The notes: generated by a model from the sequence alone, not told the origin. Positions 29,504-39,133 are shown, counted from the stretch's first letter. The stretch: DNA of 64,000 nucleotides from Fusibacter sp. JL216-2 (GCF_050596425.1 NZ_CP192292.1:1287987-1351986), one strand, 5' to 3'. Numbers and translations are program-made.

Positions 29504-29998
29504 GTGAAGCGTTTGGATAGCAAGGACTTAAAAATATTAAAGGCCCTTTCTGGAAATATTCCTATATCAGAACAGCCATTTTTAGAATTGGCTCGTGGGC
29601 TTGGTATGAGTGAGGATGAAGTGATACAGCGTATCAGGGTCCTTCAAGAAAGTGGCGCTTTAAAGCGGATTGCCCCCATTCTCTACCACCACAAAACCAG
29701 GTACAAGTTCAACGCCCTCACAATCTGGTCAGTTGACCCATCTAGGGTAGAGATTTTAGCAGACTGCCTAATGTCTTTTAAGCACGTGAGCCACGTGTAT
29801 GAAAGAACCACTTGCGAGGCTTGGCCTTATAACCTGTATGGAATGGCCCATGGGACAAGTGAAAAAGATATTGAAGATATTGTTGAGGACGTTATACATA
29901 GAGTAGGAGATATGCCCCACAAAGTCGTATACACCGTCAAGGAGTGGAAAAAGACAAGCCCTGATTTGAAGTATTTGCTTGCACAAAGACCAGTGTAG
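29504..29998 (+). CDS. siroheme decarboxylase subunit, AhbA/AhbB family (second paralog)
   Basis: Paralog of the previous gene (LKILKALSGNIPISEQPF). GTG start. Confidence 0.7.
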   Translation: MKRLDSKDLKILKALSGNIPISEQPFLELARGLGMSEDEVIQRIRVLQESGALKRIAPILYHHKTRYKFNALTIWSVDPSRVEILADCLMSFKHVSHVYERTTCEAWPYNLYGMAHGTSEKDIEDIVEDVIHRVGDMPHKVVYTVKEWKKTSPDLKYLLAQRPV

Positions 29999-30065
29999 AC
30001 ACTTGATAAGAAGAAGGGCTTAATTAAAAGAAAAACAAGGCTAGAGATAAACGAAATAAAAAAGG

Positions 30066-30106
30066 AAAGACCCAGTGACCGAAGTGAAGGGCTGGGTCTT
30101 TTTTTG
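30066..30106 (+). terminator. intrinsic terminator after the ahb cluster
   Basis: AGACCCAG...CTGGGTCT followed by TTTTTTT. Confidence 0.8.
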
Positions 30107-30377
30107 TGTCTGCCTTTAAAACGATTAAGATATGTCTGGGACATATTACAAAAATAATACAAAACGAATAATACATGGTTACAATTTTGCTAATATTATA
30201 CATTAGACACATCTAAGTTGCTATAATAGAAAATGTTGGAACTAGAAAATGTTGGTTGTATTAAAACTTATAAGGATTAAGAAGCAGATAATCCTTTATA
30301 AGTGTCTAGAAACCATATTTGCTCACTTATAGAGGGAGGGGAGTGTTACGGAACTCATACGATTTGCGTTTAGCGGT

Positions 30378-30989
30378 GTGAATGTCATACCGACTTTGTT
30401 GCTGCTTCTAATACAGTGCTACTGGATAGTGGTGACCCTGGGCTTTTTTGATTTAGAATTTATGGATATTGATGTTGATTTGGAGAGTGCAGAAGGCATA
30501 GGTTTTTTAAACTCGCTGGCACTATTCGTCAACTATGGGAACGTACCTTTTGGACTTGTTTTAAGCTTAATCATTTTAAACTTTTGGATACTCATGATGC
30601 TGACATATTATTTGCCAATACAAGCGGGAGGCATAATAAGCTTTATTTTGCTCTTTCCAGCATTTTTGGCCAGTCTTTACATCACAAAGTTTGAAGTTCA
30701 GCCCTTAAAGGCTCGTTATTTTGAGCAAAAGGAAAACAACGATATTGAACATAGGGTGCTGAATAAAAGATGCCAGCTTCTATGTTCTTTGGAATATGGG
30801 CGTCTTGGTCAAGCAGAAATTAACCAAGACGGTGTGTCCATTGTAATAAATGTTAAAAGTCATTTTGAGGGCATTTCTTTTGAAAAAGGAGAATATGCAC
30901 TTGTCCTAAAAAAAGATGACAAAGATATTTATTACATTGGAAAGTTATTGTTGGGAAATGATTTCTATAAGGAGATGGAGGAAGTTTAA
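30378..30989 (+). CDS. NfeD/YqiJ-like membrane protein (flotillin-associated)
   Basis: N-terminal TM helices plus a soluble C-terminal domain. Stop overlaps the flotillin start. GTG start. Confidence 0.5.
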   Translation: MNVIPTLLLLLIQCYWIVVTLGFFDLEFMDIDVDLESAEGIGFLNSLALFVNYGNVPFGLVLSLIILNFWILMMLTYYLPIQAGGIISFILLFPAFLASLYITKFEVQPLKARYFEQKENNDIEHRVLNKRCQLLCSLEYGRLGQAEINQDGVSIVINVKSHFEGISFEKGEYALVLKKDDKDIYYIGKLLLGNDFYKEMEEV

Positions 30990-33013
30990 TGGGTTTTTTA
31001 ACACAAGTCGGATTTGTATCAGTAGGCACAGGCATACTGGTCATCCTAGGACTGCTATTCTTATTTTCAAGATTCTACAAGAAGGTGGAGCAGTCCAAGG
31101 TTATTATTAGAAATGGTGTAGGCGGTCAAAATGTATGTTTTGGTGGTATATTTGTCGTTCCGATCATTCACCACTATGAAATTATGGACATAGCTGTTAA
31201 GCGTGTAGAAATTGCCAGGGAAGGTAAAGAAGGTCTAATTTGTAAAGACAACCTACGTGCCGATATTCGAGTGGCGTTCTTTGTGCGTGTTAACCAAACG
31301 AAGGAAGATGTCCTTAAAGTGGCACAATCATTAGGCTGTAGACAAGGTTCAGATCCAGATACCCTAACGGCATTTTTTGATGCGAAATTCTCTGAAGCCC
31401 TTAAAACAGTTGGTAAGAAATTCGACTTTGTAGAACTATACACAAACAGAGAAAAATTCAAAGATGAAATATTACAAATCATTGGCACAGACCTAAATGG
31501 TTATGTGCTTGATGACGCTGCAATAGATTTTCTGGAGCAAACGGATATTAAACTTCTAAATGCAGATAATATTCTTGATTCAGAAGGTATTAAAAAGATC
31601 ACAGAACTGACTGCCAAACAAAGAATTCTGTCAAATGAAATTGAAAGAGAAAGAGAAAAGACAATCAAACAGCAAGATGTTGCGGCTCAAGAGGCTATTT
31701 TCGAGCTTGACAAACAACGTGCTGAGGCAGAAGCCAAGCAAAAAAGAGAAATATCCATTATCAAGTCAAGGGAAGAAGCAGAAGCAGAAAAAGTTGCACA
31801 GGAAGAACGCTTCAAGTCAGAACTTGCTCGTGTTAAAACGGAAGAGGAAATTGGTGTTGCTGAAGAAAACAAGCTAAGACAGATTATTATTGCGGCAAAA
31901 TCAAAAGAAAGCACAGAAGTTGTTGAAACAGAACGTGTTGATAGAAAAAGGCTGCTTGAATTGACGGAAAAAGAAAAGCTTGTTGAACTTGCGACAATTG
32001 AGAAAGAAAAGCAAGTTGAAGTGGAAAGAAAGAACGTTCAGACTGTTATTCGCGAAAGAGTGGCTGTGGAAAAAGACACAGTTGTGGAAGAAGAAAAAAT
32101 CAAAGACACTCGTGTCCTTGCTGAGGCTGATCGTGTTAAAAATGTTGCTCTTAAAAAAGCAGAAGAAGATGCAGAAACACAACAAATCAGAGAAGTTAAA
32201 GCTGCTGAAGCGGCTAAGATGGCAGCAGAAAAACAAGCTGAAAAAGCTATTATTGATGCAGATGCCAAGCTGAAATCGTCACAAAAAGAAGCGGAGGCCA
32301 TTAAGGTCATTGCAGATGCAAAAGTTCTGGATAACTCAGTGGACGGTGTTGCTGAATCTAAGGTTATCGAAGCTAAAGCTATGGCAGAAGCCAAAGGCGA
32401 AGCGGCTAAGGTTGAGGTTAAAGAAAAAGAAGGTATTGTTATCGCTGAAAACCTTAAGAGAAAGTACCTTTCTGAAGCAGAAGGCATCAAGGAAAAAGCG
32501 TCCAGCATGAAACTTCTTGATGAAGTTGGCCGTGAGCACGAAGAGTTCAAACTTGAACTTGATAAAGAAAAAGAAGTTCAACTTGCAAGAATCAATATTC
32601 AAAAAGACATTGCAGACGCTCAAGCCGCAGTTATTCAAGAAGCGCTTAAGTCAGCGAAAATTGACATTGTTGGCGGTGAAACAATGTTCTTTGATAAGAT
32701 CATTGGCTCTATTTCACAAGGTAAGTCTATCGACCGTCTAGTGGACAATAGCGATGTTCTATCGGATATTAAAGAAACACTTGTGACTGGTGATCCTGAG
32801 TACTTCCAAAAGCAACTCAAGAGCACGATGGGACGTTTTAACCTATCCTCTCAAGACCTGATGAACTTAACGATTTCAGGGGCCATCGGCAAAATGATGA
32901 AATCAGCCAATACAGCAGACAAGACAATGCTTGGAAAACTGCTCGATACAGTTCAAAAAGCAGGTGTGGCTGAACTTCCGGCAAATATCGTGAACACGAC
33001 TCTTGGAGAGTAA
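30989..33013 (+). CDS. flotillin (SPFH/band-7 family, FloT/YqiK-like) with extended E/A/K-rich coiled coil
   Basis: N-terminal TM, SPFH domain (KVIIRNGVGGQNVCFGGIFVVPIIHHYEIMD), long EA-repeat coiled coil. Confidence 0.85.
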   Translation: MGFLTQVGFVSVGTGILVILGLLFLFSRFYKKVEQSKVIIRNGVGGQNVCFGGIFVVPIIHHYEIMDIAVKRVEIAREGKEGLICKDNLRADIRVAFFVRVNQTKEDVLKVAQSLGCRQGSDPDTLTAFFDAKFSEALKTVGKKFDFVELYTNREKFKDEILQIIGTDLNGYVLDDAAIDFLEQTDIKLLNADNILDSEGIKKITELTAKQRILSNEIEREREKTIKQQDVAAQEAIFELDKQRAEAEAKQKREISIIKSREEAEAEKVAQEERFKSELARVKTEEEIGVAEENKLRQIIIAAKSKESTEVVETERVDRKRLLELTEKEKLVELATIEKEKQVEVERKNVQTVIRERVAVEKDTVVEEEKIKDTRVLAEADRVKNVALKKAEEDAETQQIREVKAAEAAKMAAEKQAEKAIIDADAKLKSSQKEAEAIKVIADAKVLDNSVDGVAESKVIEAKAMAEAKGEAAKVEVKEKEGIVIAENLKRKYLSEAEGIKEKASSMKLLDEVGREHEEFKLELDKEKEVQLARINIQKDIADAQAAVIQEALKSAKIDIVGGETMFFDKIIGSISQGKSIDRLVDNSDVLSDIKETLVTGDPEYFQKQLKSTMGRFNLSSQDLMNLTISGAIGKMMKSANTADKTMLGKLLDTVQKAGVAELPANIVNTTLGE

Positions 33014-34427
33014 TATGGATAACGGTACTTATGAAGTTATAAAAAGCCGTCTGACCAAGCAAGGGGACGACTTATTAGGGAAAGCAGAAAAATTAAATGC
33101 TGTTAGAAAGGATGTCTTTGGTTCTATTGAATCAAAGCTCCTTTCCAGCGAGAGAATTTTAACAGACAACAACTGTATTCCAAGGGATATGGCGCCTGTG
33201 GATGACTGTTTTCTCTTTGGATACAATGTTCATATTGGTCTGAAGCAAAAGGTAGAACTGGCAGATGTGTTTTCCATTTATAGATATGATCAAGAGGGAT
33301 TCACAGCGCAGTCGCTTGAAATGATCAATGACGACCAGTTCAAAAAGGATTTCGATGATCTTTACAAGTACTACAAGAACACATCTTTTGCAAAGTTCAC
33401 CATTATGCAGCCGTATTTTTATATGGTTTTTCAGGTGGGAACCAGCGCAACAGATATAAAAGCCTTCAAATGGCAGGTTGATGGCAAAAAAATGACCTAT
33501 GTGGATTCCAGAAGTGAGCATGAGGTCAAGTTTCATCTTGGAAACGAACTCAATTTCATTAAGGCAAGCAGGGAACACCAAAGAAATGGTATGCACCCCC
33601 ATGTGTCTATTCTTGACAAAGTCTTTGTGGAGACCATTGGCGGAGACTTGACCATAAAGGTTGAAGACAATACCGATGTGGGCAAGGGCATATACTCTGA
33701 GGATGTTGAGGATAAAGACCAAACCCTTGATGATGCGGAAATATATTATGCAGACCTTGACCAGCTCATTATCCTTAAAATTTTGCCTTATCAGGAAAAG
33801 GACTACAGGTATTTTGTTTTTAACAACAAGCTAAAAAGCGTTCAACGCATTGACTCCATAGAGCACACATGCAAGCTTCTTCCAGGAGGGCATGGTCTTA
33901 TATTCCCACAAGGCTACTATTTGCAAAATGGAGAGTTTAAACTGTTCGATGTGCCTGTCGAAAACCCTGTATTCGATGAACTGATCACATCTCCAAATGG
34001 AGAAGATTTTCAGTACATTTTCTACAATATGGACAGTGGCACATATCTCATTTACAACTACAATATTATTGAGCAGACCATAGATACGCCCATTGTATGC
34101 AGTGGTTACTCTCATTTCTGTAATGGGGAAATGCTGGTGTTCAGACATGAAAAGGATCCGAGAAAAAATCATGCTGTCCAGATATGGCAGACCCCTTATG
34201 TGGGCAAGGACTTTGAACTGGCTGGCAACCATGACTCCGAGCTCTATAAAATAGGCAATAAAGATGTTGTAAATTGTATAGCAGCTTGTCGGGGCATTGG
34301 AAAACTCATCAAAAAGGCGAGAGCTACCAAAGTGTCTACCTTGATATTGTTAAAGAAGCTCAGACGACTCTGGACCTTTATTTTTGGCTTGACAAGGAAG
34401 ATGCCTTTCATCTGGCTGATGACCTGA
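33003..34427 (+). CDS. N-terminal segment (to about nt 34316) of a roughly 1670-aa AAA+ protein; the tail of this ORF beyond 34316 is out-of-frame read-through
   Basis: Protein-like sequence up to ...NCIAACRGIGKLIKK; after that the frame reads nonsense, while the -1 frame continues as real protein. Confidence 0.55.
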   Translation: MESNMDNGTYEVIKSRLTKQGDDLLGKAEKLNAVRKDVFGSIESKLLSSERILTDNNCIPRDMAPVDDCFLFGYNVHIGLKQKVELADVFSIYRYDQEGFTAQSLEMINDDQFKKDFDDLYKYYKNTSFAKFTIMQPYFYMVFQVGTSATDIKAFKWQVDGKKMTYVDSRSEHEVKFHLGNELNFIKASREHQRNGMHPHVSILDKVFVETIGGDLTIKVEDNTDVGKGIYSEDVEDKDQTLDDAEIYYADLDQLIILKILPYQEKDYRYFVFNNKLKSVQRIDSIEHTCKLLPGGHGLIFPQGYYLQNGEFKLFDVPVENPVFDELITSPNGEDFQYIFYNMDSGTYLIYNYNIIEQTIDTPIVCSGYSHFCNGEMLVFRHEKDPRKNHAVQIWQTPYVGKDFELAGNHDSELYKIGNKDVVNCIAACRGIGKLIKKARATKVSTLILLKKLRRLWTFIFGLTRKMPFIWLMT

Positions 34428-37400
34428 AGAAGATAAAAGAGACAGCCACCTTTGCCATAGGCGAGTTTGAAAAAGTCATTCGAATGAAAAAATCCACTGA
34501 AAAACAAGTGGATCAAGTGACTGAGCAAACAGAAGAACTCTTGAAGAATCTTGAGTACGGCACCTTTGAAAGTGTTGACGAGTACGTCAATGTTTTGGGC
34601 CAAATACGAAATCTACGAGGGAAGATTGTCTCCCTTCGTGATTTAATGTATACGGACCTTGAGCATGTGGATAAACTCGATAAAAGCGTCAAAGAAAAAA
34701 ACGATGCATTTTCTGAGCAGTGTGTACACTTCCTGATTAGTCCAGATGGTCTACTGCCTTATGAAAGTGCCATTGAAGACTTGAAAAACGGCATTGAAGA
34801 GGTGACAAAGTCTCAAGAAGGACAAGAGCTTGCTGAAAAAATGGACAAGACATCAGAAGACTTGGAGCTTCTCATGGATATTGTCAGCAATTTTAAGATC
34901 GAGGATCCAACGGTTTCCACAGAGATCATTGAGAAAATTTCATCCCTCTTTTCTAAAATAAACAACGCCAAAGCCCAACTAAAAACAAAAATTGACGCTT
35001 TTTCAAAGAGTGAAATGACCATTCAGTTCAACGCTCAGATGAAATTATTGGGCCAGGCTGTGGCCAATTATTTGGAAGTGTCAGATACAGAAGAAAAGTG
35101 TGACAATGCTCTCAATAAGGTCATGGTTCAGCTTCAAGAACTTGAAGGAAAGTTTGCAGAGTTCGATGAGTACGTCATAAAACTTGATGAAAAGCGTGAA
35201 GAAATTTACAGTGCATTTGAGTCAAAAAAACAGGCCATTTTAGACAAACTCAACAAAAGACTTGTTGCCCTATCGGACTCTTCCGAAAGAATTATCAATG
35301 GCATTGAAAACAGAATAAAAGCTTTGGAGTCTGTGGAAAAAATCAATGGTTACCTGGCCACAGATATAATGGCTGAAAAAGTTCGGGATATTATCTCAGA
35401 GCTCCGAGAACTCGGAGACAGCGTTCGAGCAGATGAAATCAGTTCCAAGCTCAAGTCCCTTAAAGAGAACACCATCAGACAGCTCAAAGACAGGCAGGAT
35501 TTATATCTAAATGGAGAAGATGTCATAAAGCTTGGAGAGCATCACTTCTCGGTCAACCGTAAAAACATTGATCTGTCTATAGTTCAAAAAGATGGTCGTC
35601 TCTTCTACCACATCACAGGGACAGACTACTGGGATGAAGTCACCCATGAAGAGGTTTACAAGTACAAACATGTCTTTGAACAGAGTATGATCTCTGAGAA
35701 CATTGATGTCTATAGAGGGGAATATCTGGCATACATAATGTTTAGAAATGCCAGTGACCAGACCTATAAAAGTTTGGATGAACTTTATAACATGTCTTTA
35801 CCCCAGCTGACAGAAGCGGTAAGGACCTTCATGGAGAAAAGATACCAGGAAGGCTATACCAAGGGCGTTCACGATGAAGATGGTGCTAAAATACTCCACG
35901 GTCTTCTGGAACTCTATCATAATGTAGACCTGCTGATTTACCCTCATGATATTCGGTCGGCGGCTCGTCTGTATTGGAATAGCATGCTTGAGCCTTCAGA
36001 TAAGAAGATTATGAGAGAGCGACTTGGTCATCTTTCAAAAATAGCATCGTTCTTTGATTCAGAACCTAAACCGGATGACTATCTGCCTTTTGTCATTGAT
36101 AGACTTAAATCAGCCCAGTCTAATTTTTCTTTATTTAAGTCGACAGATGTTCATGAAATGGCCAGCTATCTATGTAAGGAACTTCTCAGTGGGTCTAACT
36201 TTGTTATTAGTCAAGATGCCAAACGTGTTTATGATGGCTTCGTATCATATCTAAGAGACAAAAAAGCCCTAGACACATTCACTCAGTCTCTTCAAAATTG
36301 TTCTGAAGACTTAGAAGGCCAATACTACTTGACCAAAGAATGGGTCAGTGCCTACTGGAAAGAACAAGAACAGGCTTCTGAAAAACATATAGAAGTTGAT
36401 CCAGAAGACTTAAGCGGTGTCCTTGGGGAAACTGTGGTTCTGCTCCTTGAAGATGAAGTCAATATGGATAGTGTTGTTCAGTCCTCTACAAAAGCGACCA
36501 TCGAGGGGCTGGTTGGAACCCACAATATACTAGAGAATGGGGGCTATAGCCTCCACTATACGGACTTCATGGACAAAATGAAGGACTTCAGTGAAAGGGT
36601 TGTTGTGGACTATATAAGGTATCAGGATATTAAAAAGACCTTGATTAAAACCTTTAAGGCTCAGCTTCGTCTGGATGACTTTAAGCCAAATGTTCTTACG
36701 TCTTTCGTGCGCAATAAGCTCATAGACGATGTTTATCTACCTCTTATAGGGGATAACCTCGCCAAACAAATTGGTGTTGTGGGTGACAATAAGCGAACAG
36801 ACTTAATGGGTCTTCTGCTCCTTGTATCTCCACCGGGCTATGGTAAAACAACCCTCATGGAGTACATTGCCAATCGACTCGGCCTTATTATGGTTAAGGT
36901 CAATGGACCTTCCCTGGGCAATGAAGTGACCTCGCTTGATCCTTCAAAAGCAAGTCATTCCAGCGCTAAGGAAGAACTAAGAAAACTTAATCTTGCCCTG
37001 AAAATGGGCAACAATATCATGCTCTATGTGGATGACATCCAGCACTGTAACCCAGAGTTCTTGCAAAAGTTCATCTCTTTATGTGATGGACAGCGTAAGA
37101 TTGAAGGGGTCCACAATGGTGTTGGTCAAACCTTTGACCTGCGTGGCAAGAAAATTGCAGTGGTTATGGCAGGCAATCCATATACAGAAAGTGGAGAGAA
37201 ATTTAAAATACCAGACATGTTGGCCAATCGTGCCGATGTTTATAACCTAGGGGACATGCTTCGTGAAAATGAAGAGGCCTTTAAACTCAGCTATATAGAA
37301 AACAGCCTGACATCCAACCCTGTCTTGTCCAAACTGACCAATAGAAATCAATCTGACTTATATGGTCTTATTGAGATGGCGGGTGGGGCAGATCGAGAAA

Positions 37401-38011
37401 GTGTGACCCTAGAAGGCAACTACACAGCTGATGAACTAAGTGAGTATGTGCAGGTGCTGGAAAAGCTAAATGTGGTTCGTGATATCGTTCTAAAGGTGAA
37501 TATGGAGTATATTTATTCTGCGGCCCAGGCTGACGAATACCGAAATGAACCAGCCTTTAAACTGCAAGGGTCCTACCGTAATATGAACAAGATTGCTGAG
37601 CGCGTGGTCTCTGTAATGAATGACGATGAGCTTTTTGCACAGATTGTTGGTAGTTATGAGAACGATTGTCAGACCCTGACGTCCGGTGCGGAGTCAAACA
37701 TGCTTAAATGGAAGGAAATCAATAATTGTCTCACTGATGAAGAAGGTATGCGATATGATCAAATCAAGCAGGTCTTCAATAAGAACAAACTTGTCAAAGG
37801 TGATGACAAAATGGGACAAGCCGTGGTTGTACTCAGCGACCTGACAGATGAAATCGCCTCCATAAAAGAAATGTTTAAAAACAAGCCAGCATCAGATGGA
37901 CAGCCATCAGGTGAGTACGTTAATGTTCTGAAAGATTTGACAGAGAACATACGGAGAATTAAAGAGGTTTATGAAAGGCTAGACCAAGACAAGGTCAAAG
38001 ATAAAAAATAG
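34274..38011 (+). CDS. C-terminal 1230-aa segment of the same giant protein: long coiled-coil region plus AAA+ (AAA_5/MoxR-like) ATPase module
   Basis: Walker A LLVSPPGYGKTT, Walker B IMLYVDDIQ, sensor-1 VVMAGNP, MoxR-like NPYTESGEKFKIPDMLANRADVY. Confidence 0.7.
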   Translation: MYSSLSGHWKTHQKGESYQSVYLDIVKEAQTTLDLYFWLDKEDAFHLADDLKKIKETATFAIGEFEKVIRMKKSTEKQVDQVTEQTEELLKNLEYGTFESVDEYVNVLGQIRNLRGKIVSLRDLMYTDLEHVDKLDKSVKEKNDAFSEQCVHFLISPDGLLPYESAIEDLKNGIEEVTKSQEGQELAEKMDKTSEDLELLMDIVSNFKIEDPTVSTEIIEKISSLFSKINNAKAQLKTKIDAFSKSEMTIQFNAQMKLLGQAVANYLEVSDTEEKCDNALNKVMVQLQELEGKFAEFDEYVIKLDEKREEIYSAFESKKQAILDKLNKRLVALSDSSERIINGIENRIKALESVEKINGYLATDIMAEKVRDIISELRELGDSVRADEISSKLKSLKENTIRQLKDRQDLYLNGEDVIKLGEHHFSVNRKNIDLSIVQKDGRLFYHITGTDYWDEVTHEEVYKYKHVFEQSMISENIDVYRGEYLAYIMFRNASDQTYKSLDELYNMSLPQLTEAVRTFMEKRYQEGYTKGVHDEDGAKILHGLLELYHNVDLLIYPHDIRSAARLYWNSMLEPSDKKIMRERLGHLSKIASFFDSEPKPDDYLPFVIDRLKSAQSNFSLFKSTDVHEMASYLCKELLSGSNFVISQDAKRVYDGFVSYLRDKKALDTFTQSLQNCSEDLEGQYYLTKEWVSAYWKEQEQASEKHIEVDPEDLSGVLGETVVLLLEDEVNMDSVVQSSTKATIEGLVGTHNILENGGYSLHYTDFMDKMKDFSERVVVDYIRYQDIKKTLIKTFKAQLRLDDFKPNVLTSFVRNKLIDDVYLPLIGDNLAKQIGVVGDNKRTDLMGLLLLVSPPGYGKTTLMEYIANRLGLIMVKVNGPSLGNEVTSLDPSKASHSSAKEELRKLNLALKMGNNIMLYVDDIQHCNPEFLQKFISLCDGQRKIEGVHNGVGQTFDLRGKKIAVVMAGNPYTESGEKFKIPDMLANRADVYNLGDMLRENEEAFKLSYIENSLTSNPVLSKLTNRNQSDLYGLIEMAGGADRESVTLEGNYTADELSEYVQVLEKLNVVRDIVLKVNMEYIYSAAQADEYRNEPAFKLQGSYRNMNKIAERVVSVMNDDELFAQIVGSYENDCQTLTSGAESNMLKWKEINNCLTDEEGMRYDQIKQVFNKNKLVKGDDKMGQAVVVLSDLTDEIASIKEMFKNKPASDGQPSGEYVNVLKDLTENIRRIKEVYERLDQDKVKDKK
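34310..34316 (+). other. C-AAA-AAG heptamer at the exact point where the giant ORF shifts to the -1 frame (candidate programmed -1 frameshift site or homopolymer indel)
   Basis: Upstream frame reads atc-aaa-aag (I-K-K); the -1 frame continues aaa-ggc-gag (K-G-E...) with protein-like sequence. Confidence 0.5.
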
Positions 38012-38052
38012 ACATTCTTGCATCCATTTAATGAATAAAGATATCAAAACAG

Positions 38053-38096
38053 AAAGTCTGCTTACCCTTAGCATGGGCAAGCAGACTTTTATTTTT
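38053..38096. terminator. bidirectional terminator after the giant AAA+ gene (+) and the AraC gene (-)
   Basis: AGTCTGCTTACCC...GGGCAAGCAGACT followed by TTTATTTTTT. Confidence 0.8.
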
Positions 38097-38116
38097 TGAA
38101 AGTTTTATGACAAATT

Positions 38117-39133
38117 TCATTCTTGTCTGGACCTGAACTTCCTATATTGTAGGGGCGTTCGCTTGTATTTTGCCTTAAAGGCCTTCCCAAAATTAGAAGG
38201 GTGGCTGTAACCAACACGCGAGGCGATAGCTTCTATGCTTAAATCTGTGGTTGACAGTAAATTCGCGGCGTGAGATAAGCGCATGTCCTTGATATAACTG
38301 CCAATGGTCATCTTGAACATTTGGCGAAAGCCCGAGGTCAGTTTTTGCTCATTCATGTAAAGCATCTTGCTGAGCTGGTTGATCGTGGGCGGGGTTTGCA
38401 AATTGTCATTGATAATGGACTTGGCCCTTTGAATGCCCTGAATGTCTTCTGATGTAAGCCCTGTTGCGTGTAGGCTGGTGATATCTAAGGCTGCTATTCT
38501 ATCTGGGTCATAAAAGGCTGTGGTTTCTGAGTTTTCGAGTTCAGAACTGATCAAAGCGAGACACTCAAAAACCTTTGCGTGAAGCGTCAGGGGGGTGAGA
38601 GTCTCATTTTTAATGGCATTATCAAGGGCGTGGAGGACGTCAATAACCCCAAGGGGCAAGTATAAGATGGCGTGGTTCACACTTAACTTTAGGATATGTT
38701 TTAGGTCAGGAAAGTCAGTCGTTAAGCTGGCCAGATGATCCATGTTCACAAAAATTTCAATCCCCTTATAGTGTTGACCTTTTTTCCAGTTTTGTAGGCC
38801 ACAGACATGGTCTTCGATGGCTAAGAAGGGGGCTGGCAAAAAGTTTGTGATGGGTCTATTATCCATTTGAAATTCTGAGACCCCGTCTAGTACGAGGCCA
38901 AAGCGAAGCTGTCTATCATTGGTGTGAAAGTTCAAACTGAAAGACTCTGGAATTTTATAGTCTGCTGAAATGAGGTCATAAGATCCTTCTTTGCTAAAAA
39001 AGGCAATATGTCCTGTCTCAAGCCCTTTGGCATCTTTATAAACAAGACCAAAATCCCTGCGCCTGCTAAAGGGGGTTGACTTGTAATCTATGTGGTTGAG
39101 GAATTTTTTCTGGAAGTCAGTAAGGGTTCCCAT
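38117..39133 (-). CDS. AraC-family transcriptional regulator
   Basis: C-terminal AraC double HTH (LSIEAIASRVGYSHPSNFGKAFKAKYKRTP). Divergent from the Fe-siderophore ABC operon. Confidence 0.85.
   Translation of the reverse strand: MGTLTDFQKKFLNHIDYKSTPFSRRRDFGLVYKDAKGLETGHIAFFSKEGSYDLISADYKIPESFSLNFHTNDRQLRFGLVLDGVSEFQMDNRPITNFLPAPFLAIEDHVCGLQNWKKGQHYKGIEIFVNMDHLASLTTDFPDLKHILKLSVNHAILYLPLGVIDVLHALDNAIKNETLTPLTLHAKVFECLALISSELENSETTAFYDPDRIAALDITSLHATGLTSEDIQGIQRAKSIINDNLQTPPTINQLSKMLYMNEQKLTSGFRQMFKMTIGSYIKDMRLSHAANLLSTTDLSIEAIASRVGYSHPSNFGKAFKAKYKRTPLQYRKFRSRQE

Noticed and set aside
31174-32826. Cluster of antisense and alternative-frame ORFs (for example 31901-32236, 32038-32550, 32336-32638, 31980-32273) inside the flotillin gene
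   Set aside because: They arise from the GAA/GCA/AAA-rich coiled-coil coding repeats (low-complexity K/E/A frames). They have no RBS and are fully contained in a well-supported CDS.
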